A model generated the notes under the pieces. The model had not been told where the DNA came from and made no database searches. It worked only from the letters and a program-made list of their open reading frames with translations. Shown in pieces: positions 48,310-60,472 of a DNA stretch of 64,000 nucleotides. The position numbers and the translations under genes were made by a program. The stretch spans positions 39,742,001-39,806,000 of the forward strand of contig NC_058381.1 in NCBI RefSeq assembly GCF_018350175.1. The letters run 5' to 3'. Position 1 is the stretch's first letter, and each line of letters starts with the position of its first letter. This DNA is from Felis catus. Lineage: Eukaryota.

Positions 48310-49185
48310 CATTTGTATATCTTCTTTGAAGAAATGTCCATTCATGTACTTGCCCAATTTATAATTGTTTTTGAGTCGTAGAAGTTCTTCACATAGTCTA
48401 GATAATTTGCTTCTTATTAGATATATGATTTGCAAATGTTTCTCCCATTCTATAGATTGAATTTTCATTTTGTTCATTGATCCTTTAACGCACAGAAGTT
48501 TTTAATTTTGATGTAGTTCAGTTTATCCACTTTTTTACTTTTGTATGCTTTTTGTGTCATATCCAAGAAATCACTGACAAATTCAATGTCATGAAGCTTT
48601 CCTCCTGTGTTTTCTTCTAAGAGTTTTATAGTTTTAGTTCTTAACTTTAGGTTTTTTTTTATCCATCTTCAGTTAATTTTTGTATATGGTATAATGTAAG
48701 GATCTACCTTCATTCTTTTGCATGTGGATACCCAATTTTCCAAGCACCATGTTTTGAAAAGACTTCCCTTCACTTTTAATGGTCTTGACACCCTTATTGA
48801 AAATTATTTGACCATATTTGTAAAGGTTTCTCTCTGGGCTGTCTCTTATAGTCCATTTGTCCATATGACTGCCTTTATGCCAGTATCATACTGTTTTGAT
48901 TACTATAGCTTTGTAATATAGTTGGAAATCAGGAAATGTGTTGTCTCTAGCTTTGTTCCTTTTTCTCAAGATTGATTTGGCTATTCTGAGTCTTTTGTGG
49001 TTCCACACAAATTTTAGGAATTTTTTTTTCCTCTTTCTGTGAAAAATAATCTTGATAAGGATTGCGTTGAATCTGTAGATTGCTTTGAGTAGTATGGGCA
49101 TTTTAACAGTATTAATTCTCCTCATTCATGAGCATGTAATACCTTTCCACTTACTTGTGTCTTCTTTAACTCTTTCATCAGTGAC

Positions 49186-49344
49186 NNNNNNNNNNNNNNN
49201 NNNNNNNNNNNNNNNNNNNNNNNNNNNNNNNNNNNNNNNNNNNNNNNNNNNNNNNNNNNNNNNNNNNNNNNNNNNNNNNNNNNNNNNNNNNNNNNNNNNN
49301 NNNNNNNNNNNNNNNNNNNNNNNNNNNNNNNNNNNNNNNNNNNN
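49186..49344. other. Assembly gap (159 N)
   Basis: Run of N. Confidence 1.
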
Positions 49345-51836
49345 TTTTGTGTCCTGCAACCTCCAACTGTACTGGTTTTGTTGACTGGTTCTAAATGTTT
49401 TTTTCTTATTGTATTTTTGGGGGTAAGGTGGAGTCTTTAGGATTTTCTATATATCATATCATGTCATCTGCAAGTGGAGACAATTTTATTTTTTTCTTTC
49501 TTATTTGGATGCCTTTTATTTCTTTTTCTTGTCTAATTTCTCTAGCTAGGACTTTTAGTACTACGATAAATAGAATAGGTAAAAGTGGGCACCCTTCTCT
49601 TTTTCCTGATCTTAGAAGAAAAGCTTTCAGTCTTTTATCACTGAGTATTATGTTAGTGTGGGCTTTCATATATGGCTTTTATTAGGCTGACATAGTGTCC
49701 TTTTATTCCTAGTTTGTTGAGTATTTTTGTTTTTGTTGAAAGAGTGTTGAATTTCATCAAAATCTTTTTCTCCATCTATTAACCATGTGTTTTCCCTTCT
49801 TTGTTCTGTTATGCAGTGTATTACATTCAATGATTTTTGCATGTTGAATCATCCGTGCATTCTAGGATAAAATCCCACTAGGTCACGATGTATAATCCTT
49901 TTAATGTGCTGTTGTATTCTGTTTGATACTATTTGAGGAATCTTGCATCAATATTCATCACAGATATTGGTCTCTAGTTTTCTCCTCTTGTAGTGTCTTT
50001 GGCTTTGGTATCAGAGTAATGCTAGACTCACAGAGTAAGTTTGGAAGTATTCCTTTCCCTTTAATTTGTTGGAAGAGTTGGAGGATGATTGTTTTTAACT
50101 TTTCTTTAAATGTTTGGTAGAATTCACCAGTGAAGTGTCTGGTACTGGGATTTTATTTGTTGGGAGGTTTTTTATTACTAATTCAGTCTCCTTGCTGGTT
50201 ATAGATCTGCCCATACCTATTAGTCATTCTTTTAAATAGCTATGCAGTTTTCCAGAGTGTGATCATACCACACCATATTCAATCATACCCTATTGATATA
50301 TCCTCAGTTGTTTTTAGTTTGTGCTTTTGAATTAAAAAAAATGATAGAATTTCAAGCTAAAGAGAATTAAAGGAATCCAGCTTTTGGTGATTATGGGTGG
50401 GTCACATGATACAGCGATCTGAGCCCTTAACTGAGAACTAAATTAAGCTAATTAAACTAAATAAGCTTCTCAAACTGGTTCTGCCATTATGTGATTCTGC
50501 AACTTCAAAAAAGTGACTTACTCTCTCTGAACATTGGTTTATTCATCTGTAAAATGAGGTGATCTTTCAGACACCTCCAGGGCTAAAATTGTGGAATTGC
50601 TTTCCCCGCTCATTCATTCCTTAAGGGTATGATCTACCATGTCTAATTCACCTTAGAATCCTATGTAGTGCTTTCTGCACCATCTTCAACGTAGGCACTC
50701 AGGAAATGCTGTCGAATAAAGGAAGGAAGGAATGATTGGCTGTGTATGGTACTGATAAACAGCCAAATTTGCATCTTACCCAAGTCACATGTCACTTATT
50801 TTATACTTTTTTTCTCAGCAGGAGCTCTTAGGTAGTGATATCTGAAAGTGGTCAGAAGTTAAAATCGAAGGAAAAAGAGGACAAAACATTTTGCCATTTC
50901 TATTCTATTCAAGGGTGTCTTCTGGGTTTGATCAGGTCTCTAGAAGATATGTCGGGGAAATTGATTCCTTGCTTACATGTTATCCTTTATTCATGCTTTC
51001 TAATTTCTTGATTTTCTTTAACCCTTGCATGAATAAAGTGTTATAATTTTAACCCAAGTAATATTTTTAATAAAAAGGAGTGTCTTCAGCTCCCTCCAGT
51101 TCTAAGTCCAAGAAACCACAAATTAATCCTGAGCCTTGTCCAAAAACTACCAAGATTTATAAAACATTTCCTGATGCTTGTGTTTAAATATGTATAAATT
51201 CATTGTATGTTATGTATATACATCCATTGTGTATTATGTATGAGTGCATGTGTACGCATAATAAATGTATTTCTAAGTGAAAATTTTAAACCAAAGTAGA
51301 TATGTTATTATCCTCACTTTCAGTTTAGAAACTGAGATGGAAATTAGAGTAAAGTTCTCCATCTGACCAAAAGCGAATTTCCTCAGAGAGGCTTTCCCAA
51401 TGTGTGGTTCTCTTGCTTTATTAGGCAAGACTACATGTGAATGGAAGAGTGTAATATATTAGCATATGTTACCATGGTTTGAAGATTGCCTGAAAGAGCA
51501 TTCCTCTAAGAGACTTGAAAAAAAAAATACATCATATCTGGCTTTGGATTCAGAGTTCCTGACTGCTATACTTTTCTGGTTGTGAAAGCTCTTTGTGAGG
51601 CCAGGATATGGAAATAGAGCTTGTGCCACTTCTGAGGCCCTGTATGACTGCCTTTGCTGTACTTTTTATGGCATTAACCTTTAGTAGATCTAATCAAATT
51701 TCCTAGCATGATATAAGAAAAGCAGTGTGGGATATCAAAAACAGATTAAAATCTTTTGTGACTTTCTATGAAATACATATCATGAATAAACTCAATAAAG
51801 AAAAAAAGAGATATTTGCTGCACCAAATAGATATAG

Positions 51837-51842
51837 TTTAAT
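51837..51842 (-). terminator. Probable variant poly(A) signal ATTAAA of the third KRTAP1 gene
   Basis: TTTAAT on plus strand, followed on the sense strand by GCAAA ~20 nt later. Confidence 0.5.
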
Positions 51843-52229
51843 AGACCTTGGTATATTATTCCCCTTTCATAAAAAGTGCAGTTTGCAGGATGGTGGAGTA
51901 TAGGAGGTGAACATATCTGAGGACAGATGGTTCTTCCGTGGCATTGGTGGCAGAATCACAGAGAGTAGATTCAAATGTGTCCTGAAAGCAAATTGGTTGT
52001 CCCATTTCTTGAGTCAAATTTGTATTTTGGCGGCCTCACTGGGAGAGATCAAAGTCTTTCCAGAATTGAATGGAATCAGATAGATCTGTGAGGCCTAAAT
52101 AGCCCCCACCACAAAAAACAAATAACAGTTCAAGAATTTGTTAGTGGTCCAGGCATGGTGGAGGAAATAATTAGCTCATGAATTGATTTGGAAGTTGAAA
52201 CTTCAAGTTGAAAATCAGCAACCTTGCTT

Positions 52230-52718
52230 TTAACAGGTGGGCTCACAGCAGGTGGGCTGGCAGCAGCTGGGCTGGCAGCAGTAGCAGCAGCAGGCAGGGC
52301 GGCAGCAGGACTGTCCACAGTAGGACGGGCGGCAGCAGGAGGCCTGGGCGTGGTGCAGCTGGCAGCAGGTGGGGGGTATGCAGCTCACCACACAGCAGGG
52401 GGGCAGGCAGGTGTCCTCCACGCGGCAGTCAGGGCGGCACCACCTGACGCGGCAGCTCACGGCTCCGCAGCCACCCTCCTGGCCGCCACCAGTGCCACAG
52501 CCGGTCCCGCAGCAGCTGTTCTGGCAGCAGCTGGGCTGGCAGCAGCTGGGCTGGCAGCAGCTGTTCTGGCAGCAGCTGGGCTGGCAGCAGCTGGACTGGC
52601 AGCAGCTGGGCTGGCAGCAGCTGTTCTGGCAGCAGTTGGGCCGGCAGCAGCTGGAGCCACAGTTCCCGCTGGTGGAGCAGGTGGGAAATCCACAGAAGCT
52701 AGTGGAGCAGCAGGCCAT
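52230..52718 (-). CDS. KRTAP1-3: Keratin-associated protein 1 family, 162 aa
   Basis: KAP1 core, 8 N-terminal units; true start ACCATGG at 52718; number by position. Confidence 0.93.
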   Translation of the reverse strand: MACCSTSFCGFPTCSTSGNCGSSCCRPNCCQNSCCQPSCCQSSCCQPSCCQNSCCQPSCCQPSCCQNSCCGTGCGTGGGQEGGCGAVSCRVRWCRPDCRVEDTCLPPCCVVSCIPPTCCQLHHAQASCCRPSYCGQSCCRPACCCYCCQPSCCQPTCCEPTC

Positions 52719-52795
52719 GGTGTCAGGAGCTGGGCTGAGAGTTGGGTTGCTAAGAGAAGTTTTTTGTGTTTTGCTGGTCACTTCCACGTTGGGCC

Positions 52796-52802
52796 TTTTA
52801 TA
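52796..52802 (-). promoter_or_regulatory. TATA box
   Basis: TATAAAA 78 bp upstream of the ATG; HOX13-type CCAATAAAA at 52935-52943 (minus). Confidence 0.8.
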
Positions 52803-54528
52803 GGCCTTGGCCAGCTATTATTTACATAATTCTCAAAATGCCTTCCTTGTTTGTATATAAATAATCTGTCTCTGAATAATAATTGCCCTATTCCTGAGTT
52901 ATTTGTTCAACCTCTGAAAGCCTTTAAAAGTTCATTTTATTGGTCTTCAATTAGGATTCTTTACCACAGTCAGGTAGTCATTGGCGTTCATTGGGTACAT
53001 AACCCATAATCCCCCATATTTGTTAAAATTTGCTCATTGCCCTAAGAATAATTGGTGCCTCACCTTTACAGAGTGTCAGTATTACTCATTGGTGACCCTG
53101 ATAATGGAGTTCTTGGGTCTCACATGACAGTTTAATTCCCAGCAACATGTCTCCAGTGTCAACTGCTGCCCCTTTATCTTTCTCATCTTCAATTTGACTG
53201 TGAAGCAAAGTGATCCAGCTGGCCAGAAAGGGATGCTTTTTGGGGGGGCTGAGAAATGTGGATGAACTGTTACTGATCACAGATTCTGGAGCACGTATAT
53301 GCCCAAGTGGTTCTGACTATTTTGCACGTATCATTTCATTTAATTTTCACTGCAATCCTATGGACTCCGCCTATACATCTCCCATCGTCTATGTCAGGAA
53401 ATTGAGCCTCAAGCAGATTTATGTCTGTTGCTCAGGTTCACACCAACAAGTGGTGAATCTGAAATTTGAACCTATGCCATCTGACTTCAAACTAAACTCT
53501 TCAACCACTACAGTCAATACCCTGTTTTCCATGTCAGCAGTTGTTCCAGAGAAACTCAAAGGGTAAAGGAAAGATGTAAAAATTTGCCCATTCTTAACTG
53601 TTTTTCAAGTCAAGGGAAGAAATGCAGAGCTTAGGGTGAATAATAACACTATTAGAAACTTCTCTGAAAAAAATTTTTTTTGACTACATAACAAGCTTCA
53701 AGAAAATTTTGTGTGCTAAAATGGTTGACCTCCTTGACTTGTGACTTCATTCAATCTTTGATATTAGGATGTCCTATAGATCTAAATGTCCTTAACTGCA
53801 TAAAAATCACACTCAGTATATTAACACTGGAACATGTGACATACCATAGTACATTAGATCAGCATGCAGTTTACTGTAGATATTAGCAAACTATAATATA
53901 GTTTGAATGAGGCAGCAGATGAGGTTGAAGATGAAGGTTTTGTACAGGTACAGTGAAAGGTGACCTGGCCTTCATTGAGTATGGACTCTGTTACAGGCAA
54001 ATGGATGTTAAAATGCCACTTACATAGTTTGAACCAGAATACCGGGTGTTAGTTTCTGCTTCTTCAGGAATGACAGTTTTGAGTTTAGACCATAATTCTT
54101 CCCAAATCAGAATGAAGGCATTTACAAATCCCACATCAAATTTGAATTCAAAGGTATGTGATTTTTTTACTTCCTCTCCTTAAGCAAGTCTACATCATGG
54201 ATTCTTCGATTAGCTAATTTTCCCACTGTGGATGTTTGGAGTATGTAGATTTGTCCCTATTATAATCTCAGGAGCTATTTAATTCATATCTAAATTCAGA
54301 ATCTTTGATACTAAAAGCATTTATCTCCCCTTGCAAAAAATTCAGATATTTGAGGAGTTGAAATACCTACTGACTAGGGCACCAGGGATAGGTAGTGTTA
54401 TCTGTTGGGTCTCCATTTCTATGCTTTTCTGCTGTGGCACTGTTTTCAGCATCTCCCTTGGTGCAAAATTTAACTCAATTTTCATTTTTCTGGTCTTTAG
54501 CTGCCCTCAGAGAATTACTAATAATAAG

Positions 54529-54568
54529 TGTTTTTAGGCAGAGTTCTCCAGAGAAACAGAACCAGTAG

Positions 54569-54611
<43 letters not shown>

Positions 54612-54933
54612 AGATTTATTGTGAGAGATTTAATGTGGAGGCCCTCACCAGGAGCACTGAAGTATGAGGGCAGGAGAAGATGGCTGTCCCAACTTAAGCC
54701 ATAGAACAATTCGCCCTTCCTCTCCCTTTCTGTTCTATTTGGGGTCTCAGTGATTTTGATGATCCACATTGTCCATCCACATTGGTGAAGGCAATCTAAT
54801 TTATTCATTCTACAGACTCATATGCTAATTCCTTCCATGAACACCCTCACAGACACACCCAGGAATAATGTTTTACTAGCTGTTTGGGGATCCCTTAGCC
54901 CAGTCAAGTTGATACATAAAATTAACCATGACA
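54529..54933. mobile_element. MLT2-type (ERVL) LTR with internal (TA)n
   Basis: 'GTTCTCCAGAGAAACAGAACCA...CCCAGTCAAGTTGATACATAAAATTAACCA' MLT2 hallmarks; (TA)n at ~54573-54608. Confidence 0.85.
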
Positions 54934-55871
54934 TAAGGTATGACACTTAAAATTTGAGAATTCTCCTCTTTTGCCACAGACTAATCTGAACATTCTTTTA
55001 TCTCTCCTAAAGAAATCAAGAAAATAAAATTATTTACTCCATTTCTTCTTGATTGGTTTTCATACAAATAGCGTAAGAAGTTATAATCAATTTGTGATAT
55101 TTCCCTGTGTAGATTTTATGACCGTTTAAATGCTGGAAATCACTATCTATTGTCTTCTTGGAGAAAAGAATGCCAGTAACTTTACATTTAAAATGATTTT
55201 ATTACAAGGCTTATTCTCTTTGGTTTTCATTACTTCATTTAAGCGATGGGGTCCAGATCCAATAGTATCATAAGAAGAAAGGATGTGTTTGTCTCTTATT
55301 GAATGTCTGCCTTCCGTTTATAGATATTAATATATTGAGTTATTTTTCTTTAAGGTGCCATGGTTCTAGGTTTCTTATTGTAAGTTTGGGGGTTCTTTCA
55401 ATTCCTTAAGCTCCATTTTACTAGTTCTCTAGTTCAGTTGCATCTGCCATAGATTCCTGAGTGATAAGACATGGTTGATATAGGAACCAGTTGAACATCC
55501 CCAACTTTTTACTCTAAATCAAGTAATAAGATCTTTTTCTCTTCTGAATGCCAACCTGGCTCTTTTGGTGCTTTGAGATAAAGCCATTCTAAGTAAAAGT
55601 AAGTACACCCTAACCCATTGAAAGACAAGAGAGTGGTGTTTGAGGGACATTGAGCATTAAACATGTTTTAGACACATTGTGTATGAATGTGTGGGTTGTG
55701 CCCTGATGAGGGAGGCTCTGTCCACTCAGAAGAAGGAGAATCTTTTTCATATAAAGATGATGTAGGCTCAGTAAGCTGTGTATTCTTCAAACTGTTTCTA
55801 CCTAAAGGTGATGCCTTTTTCTAATTCTGGTAAGGTTGTGCTAGTGAAGACCCCATCCCTTTGACTTACTT

Positions 55872-56062
55872 CTTTTTCTTTTTTTTAAGTGTTTATTTAT
55901 ATTTGAGGAGGGGAGGGGCAGAGAGAGAGGGAGACAGAGGATCTGAAGCAGGCATGAGGATGCTGAAGCAGAGAGCCCAGGTGGGACTCAAACTCACAAA
56001 CCATGAGATCATGACCTGAGCCGAAGTTGGATGCTGAGCCAACTGAGCCACCCAGGTGCCCC
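55872..56062 (-). mobile_element. Carnivore SINE
   Basis: TSD TGACTTACTT. Confidence 0.9.
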
Positions 56063-56875
56063 TGACTTACTTACTTTTTAAATCGAGGTGAAATTCACAT
56101 AATATACACTAAACCATTTTAAAATGTACAGTTGAGTGGCCTTTAGTGCATTCACCTTGTTATGCAGCTACCATTCCTCTGCCTAGTTTAAAACCTTTTT
56201 CATCACCGAGAATACCACCTGATAATCTTTAGTAATTACTCCCCATTCCCCCTTTCTCTCCAGCCAGTGATTTACCACTTTGATTTTATAATCAAAGATT
56301 TTATCCGTCAAAATGGAAGTTCTTATTATGTATTTTTTATTTGATCCTTGCTTCATTCTAGAACTTTCTCTGGAGATTAGAATAAGAATGGGCACAGTGT
56401 ATGCCAGTATCATGCTCATTTAAATCCATTCTTGTGATGAATATTTATTTTCTAGTTCACGGTACATGAACGAATTGTATATATGTTGTAGAAGCACCAG
56501 TTGAAATTCCCTTTCATCATTTTCCAAAGTATATTTTGAGGAACACTAGTGTTACAGGATGCTAGTTGGTAATGAATGGAGTATTCCCCAACTAAGTTTG
56601 GGAGTAATAGTTATAGAGCTTTCTTTAATATTCTGATGTGTTTTATAAACCTTCAACATGGTGCAAATGCATGCAACATTACTTGACCATTGAATAATTT
56701 TTCCTCATTGGGCGTCTGAAGAGACTAATTGTCAGTGCATCACCTGTTTAGGAAATAATCCATCCTGTGCCTGGGAAAGAAGCTGTAAGCAATGAATGTC
56801 AATTCTTTTGTTTTCCAGTTTTTCTAACCTGGTGCCCAGGCGGGTGAAGGGCCTTGCTCCAGAATCCATGGGTCC

Positions 56876-57073
56876 GGGGCTCCTAAGTGGCTCAGTTGGT
56901 TAAGCCTGCAACTCTTGGTTTCAGCTCATGTCATGCTCTCATAGTGTCTGGGTTTGAGCTCCACATGGGGTTCTGCACTGACAGTATAGAGCCTGCTTGG
57001 GATTTTCTCTCTCTCTCCTCTCTCCCCCGCTCTCTCTCCCTCTCAAAATAAATAAATAAACTTAAAAAAAATA
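56876..57073 (+). mobile_element. Carnivore SINE
   Basis: Degenerate TSD AGAATSCWTGGGT; A tail. Confidence 0.88.
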
Positions 57074-57597
57074 AGAATGCTTGGGTTCTTAGTTACAAAG
57101 TGGGGATTAGAACTTGAGATGTCTTTATATCTTATGCTAGTACTTTGAAATCTTCTGCTTCCTGTCTTTCCAATTATGTATTATCCTTTTATATCCCAGA
57201 TAGTTGAAAGACTTGTACACAGAATTGTATATGAAGGAAGTGAATAAATTTGGCAATATCTCAAGAAACTAAATAACATAAAAATTCCTTTTTGTAAAAT
57301 TGATCTTCTGGAACACCTAGCCTGTCAATTTGCACATGTGAGGACCTCGGAGAATAGTTCCTTAATACTGATATATTCTTTTACCATAGATTTTGGCTGT
57401 AGAATATTAGACCATTTAATGGTAAAACAAAGGAAAACCATTTTTTAAAGACCTTTAAAAAAGGGAAAAATAAAAAAACACCATAGTGCCATACCACAGT
57501 TACTGAGATTTTGAAAAATCCAAATACCCCAATATCAATAACAAATTCCAAAGAAAAGAAAGCTCCAACAATGACTTTGTCATTGAAGAATAAAAAT

Positions 57598-57603
57598 TTT
57601 ATT
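57598..57603 (-). terminator. Poly(A) signal of the fourth KRTAP1 gene
   Basis: AATAAA on minus strand inside AATAAAAATTTTATT. Confidence 0.7.
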
Positions 57604-57872
57604 AAATCCCAAATCCAATGAGCTGTTGAACTATTTCAGGTGGTATTTATAGTAAAAGTTTTATACATTCCTCTTAACCTTGTAGGACTTCTGTTCGTGT
57701 CCAGGTTTATGAAGTATTTTTGGTTTTCGATTATAAATTAATTTACATCTTAGGAAATTTTGTAGCCATTTGCAAGCTGTGTTATGAGTATTGGAGCTCA
57801 GAAGTTCATCGGGACTCTACATTGCCTCATTGTGAAGTGCCAGTTTCTTAGGATTCCTTTCGAAAGAGATTT

Positions 57873-58421
57873 TCAACAGGTGGACTGGCAGGAGGTGGGC
57901 TCACAGCAGGTGGGCTGGCAGCAGCTGGGCTGGCAGCAGTAGCAGCAGCAGGCAGGGCGGCAGCAGGACTGTCCACAGTAGGACGGGCGGCAGCAGGAGG
58001 CCTGGGCGTGGTGCAGCTGGCAGCAGGTGGGGGGTATGCAGCTCACCACACAGCAGGGGGGCAGGCAGGTGTCCTCCACGCGGCAGTCAGGGCGGCACCA
58101 CCTGACGCGGCAGCTCACGGCTCCGCAGCCACCCTCCTGGCCGCCACCAGTGCCACAGCCGGTCCCGCAGCAGCTGTTCTGGCAGCAGCTGGGCTGGCAG
58201 CAGCTGTTCTGGCAGCAGCTGGGCTGGCAGCAGCTGGGCTGGCAGCAGCTGTTCTGGCAGCAGCTGGGCTGGCAGCAGCTGGTCTGGCAGCAGCTGGGCT
58301 GGCAGCAGCTGGACTGGCAGCAGCTGTTCTGGCAGCAGTTGGGCCGGCAGCAGCTGGAGCCACAGTTCCCGCTGGTGGAGCAGGTGGGAAATCCACAGAA
58401 GCTAGTGGAGCAGCAGGCCAT
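57873..58421 (-). CDS. KRTAP1-1: Keratin-associated protein 1 family, 182 aa
   Basis: KAP1 core, 11 N-terminal units; true start ACCATGG at 58421; number by position. Confidence 0.93.
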   Translation of the reverse strand: MACCSTSFCGFPTCSTSGNCGSSCCRPNCCQNSCCQSSCCQPSCCQTSCCQPSCCQNSCCQPSCCQPSCCQNSCCQPSCCQNSCCGTGCGTGGGQEGGCGAVSCRVRWCRPDCRVEDTCLPPCCVVSCIPPTCCQLHHAQASCCRPSYCGQSCCRPACCCYCCQPSCCQPTCCEPTSCQSTC

Positions 58422-58498
58422 GGTGTCAGGAGCTGGGCTGAGAGTTGGGTTGCTAAGAGAAGTTTTTTGTGTTTTGCTGGTCACTTCCACGTTGGGCC

Positions 58499-58505
58499 TT
58501 TTATA
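58499..58505 (-). promoter_or_regulatory. TATA box
   Basis: TATAAAA 78 bp upstream of the ATG; LEF1/TCF-type CTTTGAT at 58581-58587. Confidence 0.8.
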
Positions 58506-60257
58506 GGCCTTGGCCAGTTCCTGTTTTGTGATGGACAGCATTTTTATCCTGTTACTCCTTAAACAAGCTTTTCCAGAGCCCTTTGATTGTTCAAATACTG
58601 TTATTTTAACTACATCCCCAAATTAGTTTTTCCTTTATTGCTAAGCTAATACTCACTAAACGTGTCCATCCTTGGTAGAAATGTTGTTGTTTCATTTCCA
58701 CGCAATGCTGTAATTTTTCCTCAAGTCTCAGCTTCCATTCTGCATTTATGGTCACATCACCTGACCAAGTGACTCTCACTGATAAGATGACACAATTTGG
58801 GGGTCATATTTACCAAAATTCAAGTCTCCGGAAAAAAATGTTAACAATCGACTGCTATTTATGTAAGATTATTTTCCATTATATTTGATTAATAAGATTA
58901 TAGTCTCTATAATCAGGCAGATAGAAACTCTGATAAACTTCACATTAATAGAAATGCATTTAGTTTCCAGATAATGGTCTCCAATTTCAGTGATCTCTCC
59001 TGAACTCCACACATTCATACTTGAGAAAACACCACTCAGGAGGATACATAGAACAAAAATTGTTCCATTGCAACTTACTGTGGATATTTTATTAGCCTGA
59101 ATTTAAAAGAAGGGCTAAAATTGATAACCAGCAATTAGGAAAATATCCCACAAAATTTTAAGTGTAATTTATATTTTTCTATGAAAGATAAAAATCACTG
59201 GTCTGTGGATTATCTAGACTGTATTTATTTCTCAGAGGTGGGATTTGTTTTCAGTTTATGTCATTTTATGTAACTACACCCTGTGTCCTATGAAAGGATG
59301 TTAGACCAAAGAGCATGACAATCCAATTTATGAAGGGGAATCACTAAGAGAAAAAGTAGAAGTTAAGAAATGCTTCTTCTGGATCACAGTGTTTATAAGG
59401 CAAGGTAGGAAATGGATGGTCAAATATCATTCAATAGGTATAAGTGAAAAGAGATTAAGTGTACTTTGCACTTAAGGTATAAGTGTAAATGGGTTGATGT
59501 TGTGGTATGGACCACTTTTAATTTCCTCTCAACATGAGTTGATGTTAGAATACTGTTGAGTCTAGGAATGGCTATATTTTGGAGAAGTTAGTGACTTGCT
59601 CCATTTGCACAGTACACAGTCAGAGAACTGGGGATAAATTTCAGCAAAACAAATTTGAAATAATTTTGGTGGTTGCCAAAATAAAGAATATCATTTTCCA
59701 TTAGCTGTTTAGGGTTATATTGGGGGAATGAAAAAAAAAGTGGTGGCCAAAGAGCCTATTATTGTTATTTGTGGTAGGTTTGTCCCTTCCTTCCAATCTT
59801 GAATAAAAACATCACATCTTGAATAAAAACTAACATATAGTTAGCTATTTATGAGATGGAGGTATTGGTTTGTACAGCGAGAGAATTACATTAGAGTGTG
59901 ATTCATGCCAGTGTCAAGAAAGATGTTCATGTCATGTGATAACCATGACTGTAGGTATGAAGTTGAAAAATGGTTGAAGGAATCCTCAAATGTCAGAGAT
60001 CAAAAACTTAGTAAATCATCTGTCCAAACATTTAATTGTATAGGTACTGACATCATTGTTTTTATAAATAGCAAATGTTTATTAAGTCATCATATTTTAC
60101 CCAGAGCACTAAAGGGTTGTGCAGAAAGCCAGATTCAGTCTGTCTGCTTCATATCTTGCTCTAGTTTATGAATCATTATAATACTGATAGGGGGGCTGAA
60201 TCAAGGAAAAGATAGTTTTAAATTGGAACACTGATGTTGTAATACAGACTGCTTTTT

Positions 60258-60472
60258 TGAAAGTGTTTATTTATTCTGAGAGAGAAAGAGAGGGAGAGGC
60301 CTATGAGCACAAGCAGGTGAGGGGCAGAGGGAAAGAGAAAGAGAATCCCCAGCAGGCTCTGCATTGTGAGTGCAGAGCCCAATGAGGGGCTTGATCTCAT
60401 GAACTGTGAGATCATGACCTGAGCTGAAATCGAGAGTGGGACGCTTAACCAACTGAGCCACCCAGGTGCCCC
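60258..60472 (-). mobile_element. Carnivore SINE
   Basis: TSD CAGACTGSTTTTT. Confidence 0.92.

Larger units (their letters stand above)
47270..50210 (-). mobile_element. Degenerate L1 (ORF2 RT/C-terminal remnants plus 3' UTR) with two N gaps and an inserted SINE
   Basis: Translations [29 protein letters not shown]...LADDMI and [20 protein letters not shown]; frameshifted. Confidence 0.92.

Noticed and set aside
42585-58562. Long plus-strand and alternative-frame ORFs over KRTAP1 genes (WQQL repeats, poly-Ala/AAAG)
   Set aside because: By-products of stop-poor TGC/CAG/AGC repeats on the real coding strand; no promoter or consistent start; similarity between copies follows from gene conversion
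59796-59830. 20-bp tandem duplication containing AATAAA
   Set aside because: Simple local slippage in AT-rich DNA with no linked transcript evidence
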